This document shows positions 60,651-64,000 of a stretch of 64,000 nt of DNA, piece by piece. Each line of letters starts with the position of its first letter. Within the stretch, counting starts at the first letter, position 1. The stretch is from Alloascoidea hylecoeti. Taxonomy: Eukaryota. The notes beneath the pieces are model-generated. The model was not told the origin of the DNA, ran no database searches, and saw nothing but the letters and a program-made list of their open reading frames with translations. The stretch is taken from the NCBI GenBank assembly GCA_001600815.1, contig BCKZ01000007.1, forward strand, positions 854,059-918,058, written 5' to 3'. Both the position numbers and the translations under genes were made by a program.

Positions 60651-63600
60651 TGGACAGGTGGTTTGGGTGGGTGAAAAAGAGAGGTAAACAAATCGAGAGA
60701 AATTTCATTTAATATGAGGATTTACTTGCAGAATGTAAATCCACCGCGTCTGTAAAAGAAATTTCTGTAGCATAGCTGGAAAAATCGAAAACATGTGAGG
60801 TATCTGATGTTTTTGAATTATGCATCTGGACAAACCACTTCAATTTGAATCAGGAGGGTTTCTCATCTTATGCTTCCACCACAGTGCTCAAAAATCCTTT
60901 AAAATATTCAAACAGGAGTTCAGACTTCAGGGAATGGAAGGACACTAATTACACAAAACTATCTGCAGATAACAAAGAGAAGTGTGTGTCAGAATATTAG
61001 ACCTAGTGTGCTCAATACACAAACGTAGAAACACAACCACATACTACACCAAACTTTGCAAATGAAATATAGAGCATATATTAATTACAAGATTAAGTAG
61101 ATTTTGTCAATACAATTTTTTTATATTTGTTGGTGGATTTAAAATTCGTGGTTGAAATGTAACAGTTTTGGGTTTCTCGTACCGTTAATCCTTCTCGTTT
61201 CCTTAGACCGACGGTAAAGAGTAAATATTCCCTTGTATTAGTCTGCGGTATATGTGTGAATGTTGTTTCACCATTTTGTGGAGCACATAGTTTGTTGCTC
61301 GAGTGTAAAATAAATCGTTATTTTTTTTCTTTTGATTTCGTCGTCAAATTCAGCATATTTGCGGAAGTATTTTAACCACTTTAGATAATAAAACTTGCGT
61401 TGCTACAGTGGCACATATTTGGTTAAACTCTTCGTGAAACATTTCGTCATTTGGATGACATTAAATTTGGCTATTTCGTTTCCTACTGTGGATATTACAA
61501 ATATTTCGTTATAATTATATCGCTTGAGATTTTCAAAAACCTTTCCCCGAATAAGTCTGAAGACTTTATAAGCTTTTATTTGAGATAATTACGTTACATT
61601 AGATATATATTAATCGGTAAAACTGATAGAGTAAAAAAGATAAAGTAAATAGTATATTAAATAGGAATAAGAAAAAGTAGAGAGTTAAATCCAATGGATT
61701 TAACTGTCTTATATATGTAACTATATAGGCTAAATAATAATAAGGAGGTGGCAATAATATTAAGGGGCTTGCTGTAGTATATGAATGACCACGTAACCCC
61801 TGCATATCTAATATGCAAGGCATGTAGTTTAATATAAATCTGAAACATATGTAGATCATTTGATGATTGATCTGCACTGCATATCGGATATGTAAGCATG
61901 AAATAAGTTAATTAAAATTGAAATAACAACAATATAATCTCCTATATCGATATTCGATCCTCAACGATCATTCATTACAATTCGTAGAACTCCGTGCGTG
62001 TATCTGTACTCTGTACTATCTCTGTAGTTGGATTCGATCCAACGTACGGTATGTGCATCGTGAAATATCACGATCTATTTTATCACAGCATATGAAACAC
62101 TTTAAACTGTTGTGAAATAATAGCAGTTATAATAATTCTAAATCCGATATATTGAGAATTTATAATGTGCATGTACACATATGTGTTAGAAATATACACT
62201 GTATTTTTTTTTCACGTGTATTTCATAGTATACGCGTACTAATAACTATCCATTCGTTAATTATTAATGTGTTAATTGAAATGACAGATGTAGTATTCCT
62301 CGCTATAGCTAAACTAACAATTGCAATTTGCAAATGCTAACATTGCAACATTAATTATAATAAATGTTGAAAATATGAAATTTAACTAAAAGATTAGTTG
62401 ATCTTGCCATACTATAGCCAGATATAAGGCTTATATTAGTTCTTTGAGTTTGAGTGTATTATAATGGGTGCCCACTGCCTACCCATTTTTAATCCACAAA
62501 TTACTTGTAATAACATATACTGTTGTGATGACTTTTAATTAAAGCCAAATGACCCAATCTTTTGTTCCTCAGAAATTAACTTATAATTTCCAAGATGCTG
62601 AAAATACACACACCAAGGTGGCAAACCACCAATATGATAAATTTTCTTCAAATTATATCTTCAGATTCCTAGAATGGATCATAAATCCCATTTTTTAAAT
62701 AATTTATCGCACAGTTTTCGAGAAACTTGCGTTTTAATATTTTTTTATTTGAGTGTTAACGTTAGTGTGATCATGATCAAAGGTTGACATTTACCTAGAT
62801 AAAAGAATTCCTCCAACTATTATGGTATAGTTATTGTAGTAAAATTAATGTATATAAATTATTTTGCGCGAGGAAGTGAAGTAATATATCACCAATTTAT
62901 TTCTTACTTGATTGAAGTCGGATCTAGGGTATAATTTCTGGAATCGTTAATTCCCGTATGTATTTTATCAACAAATAAACTTGTTTAGCTTTGTGTTAGT
63001 GTATAATTTCTTATTAGTAACATGACGCACTTGAATCTTTTATTATTAGTCTCTTTAATCTGATTTCAGGTTGTCTTTATCATTTGCATGTTATATAAAT
63101 AAAGATATAGATCTAGAAGTTACTAACATCGGTAGCTATATCATGTAGAGCCACAAGGGTAAATCTTGTACGACTTATTGAAAATCAAAGTAAACGTTTA
63201 CCAACCCCATATAAATATCCATAATTCCAGTTAGTTAAAAGATCAGATTATTGGTTATCATTTAATTTTACAATTAGTCATCATTATTAGTTCTAAGGAT
63301 TTTTAAATCTTTCCGGAATACTAATAAAATGAAGACATTAATTAATTTATTAATAAATGAATAAATAAATAAATTAATAGAGATGGACGTAGCAGTCACA
63401 TAAGATAGCTGATATTACAATAATCAGTAAAAACCAAATTACTCAAAAAAGAAGATTGAGATCCGTTATTGATGCATTGTAATTAACTTCATTTATGTAG
63501 GTTTCGTTAAATTTGTTAATATTTTCCCTGAAGTTTGAATAAATAAATCTCGGAAAAAAAGCTTAAATGGTATAATATGACATTGGTATATCATATAGTT

Positions 63601-63889
63601 TAAATACACTATTATTATTTTTCTCTGAAGCATATGGAGGTAGCTAATAATTAGCTATATAGTTTTGATATCGATGAACAGATCATAAAACGCCCATTGA
63701 TTAATTCATTTAGCTGATATTACTTGAAAATAACGATACATTTTCTTTTAACTATTAATTATAAACAAGTTATATATATAAATTTTATTAGTTACAAAAG
63801 TATATATTCTTAAACAATATATACTTTCTATTAAGATATATATATTTTGAATCATGTCGTTGAAAGTTATAATTATATGTATAAGGGAG

Positions 63890-64000
63890 AATTAATGATG
63901 AGTTAGTATTAGTGATCATGAATTTGTATTAGTATGAATATTAATGAATTTGTATAAGTATTATGTAGTGAATAAGTATTAGTGAATCAGTATTAGTGAA
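63890..64000 (+). repeat. Degenerate minisatellite, unit ~GTATTAGTGAAT, running off the window end
   Basis: GTATTAGTGA recurs at ~63906, 63977 and 63990, with GAATTTGTAT variants between. Confidence 0.6.

Noticed and set aside
62027..62043. Hairpin GTTGGATTCGATCCAAC resembling a T-arm
   Set aside because: Loop geometry is wrong and there is no upstream cloverleaf.

Overview
AT-rich eukaryotic DNA from an ascomycete yeast. A Saccharomycotina-type gene set, many short GT-AG introns, a complex I subunit and a CDK11-like kinase point to a lineage outside Saccharomycetaceae; this placement is inference. Dense blocks of housekeeping genes (GPC1, GVP36, YSY6, NDUFA9/NUEM, VPS28, DED1, CDK11-like, MRS2-family, NUG1, TMA20, Sid1/Sps1-like kinase, IST3, ATG33/SCM4, ILV5, RPS1) alternate with gene-poor regions. 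These hold intronless accessory genes (DUF1479 oxygenase, A-T-R NRPS-like reductase, PL1 pectate-lyase homologue, class-3 lipase), pseudogenes and foldback DNA. The strongest leads are: (1) a ~5.5 kb segment bounded by long diverged inverted repeats, carrying an intact DUF1479 gene plus FCF2 and DPI8/KGD4-like pseudogenes; (2) a stand-alone Ty3/gypsy capsid-like gene head-to-head with IST3, and possibly a second at 54.9-55.8 kb; (3) a multi-branched base-paired intergenic region after RPS1 that looks like a large ncRNA, with telomerase RNA as one hypothesis; (4) a pectate-lyase homologue lacking its catalytic residues; (5) a non-LYS2 NRPS-like carboxylate reductase in a yeast; (6) a pogo/Fot1 transposase relic. 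All family calls come from motif recognition by eye; no database searches were run.
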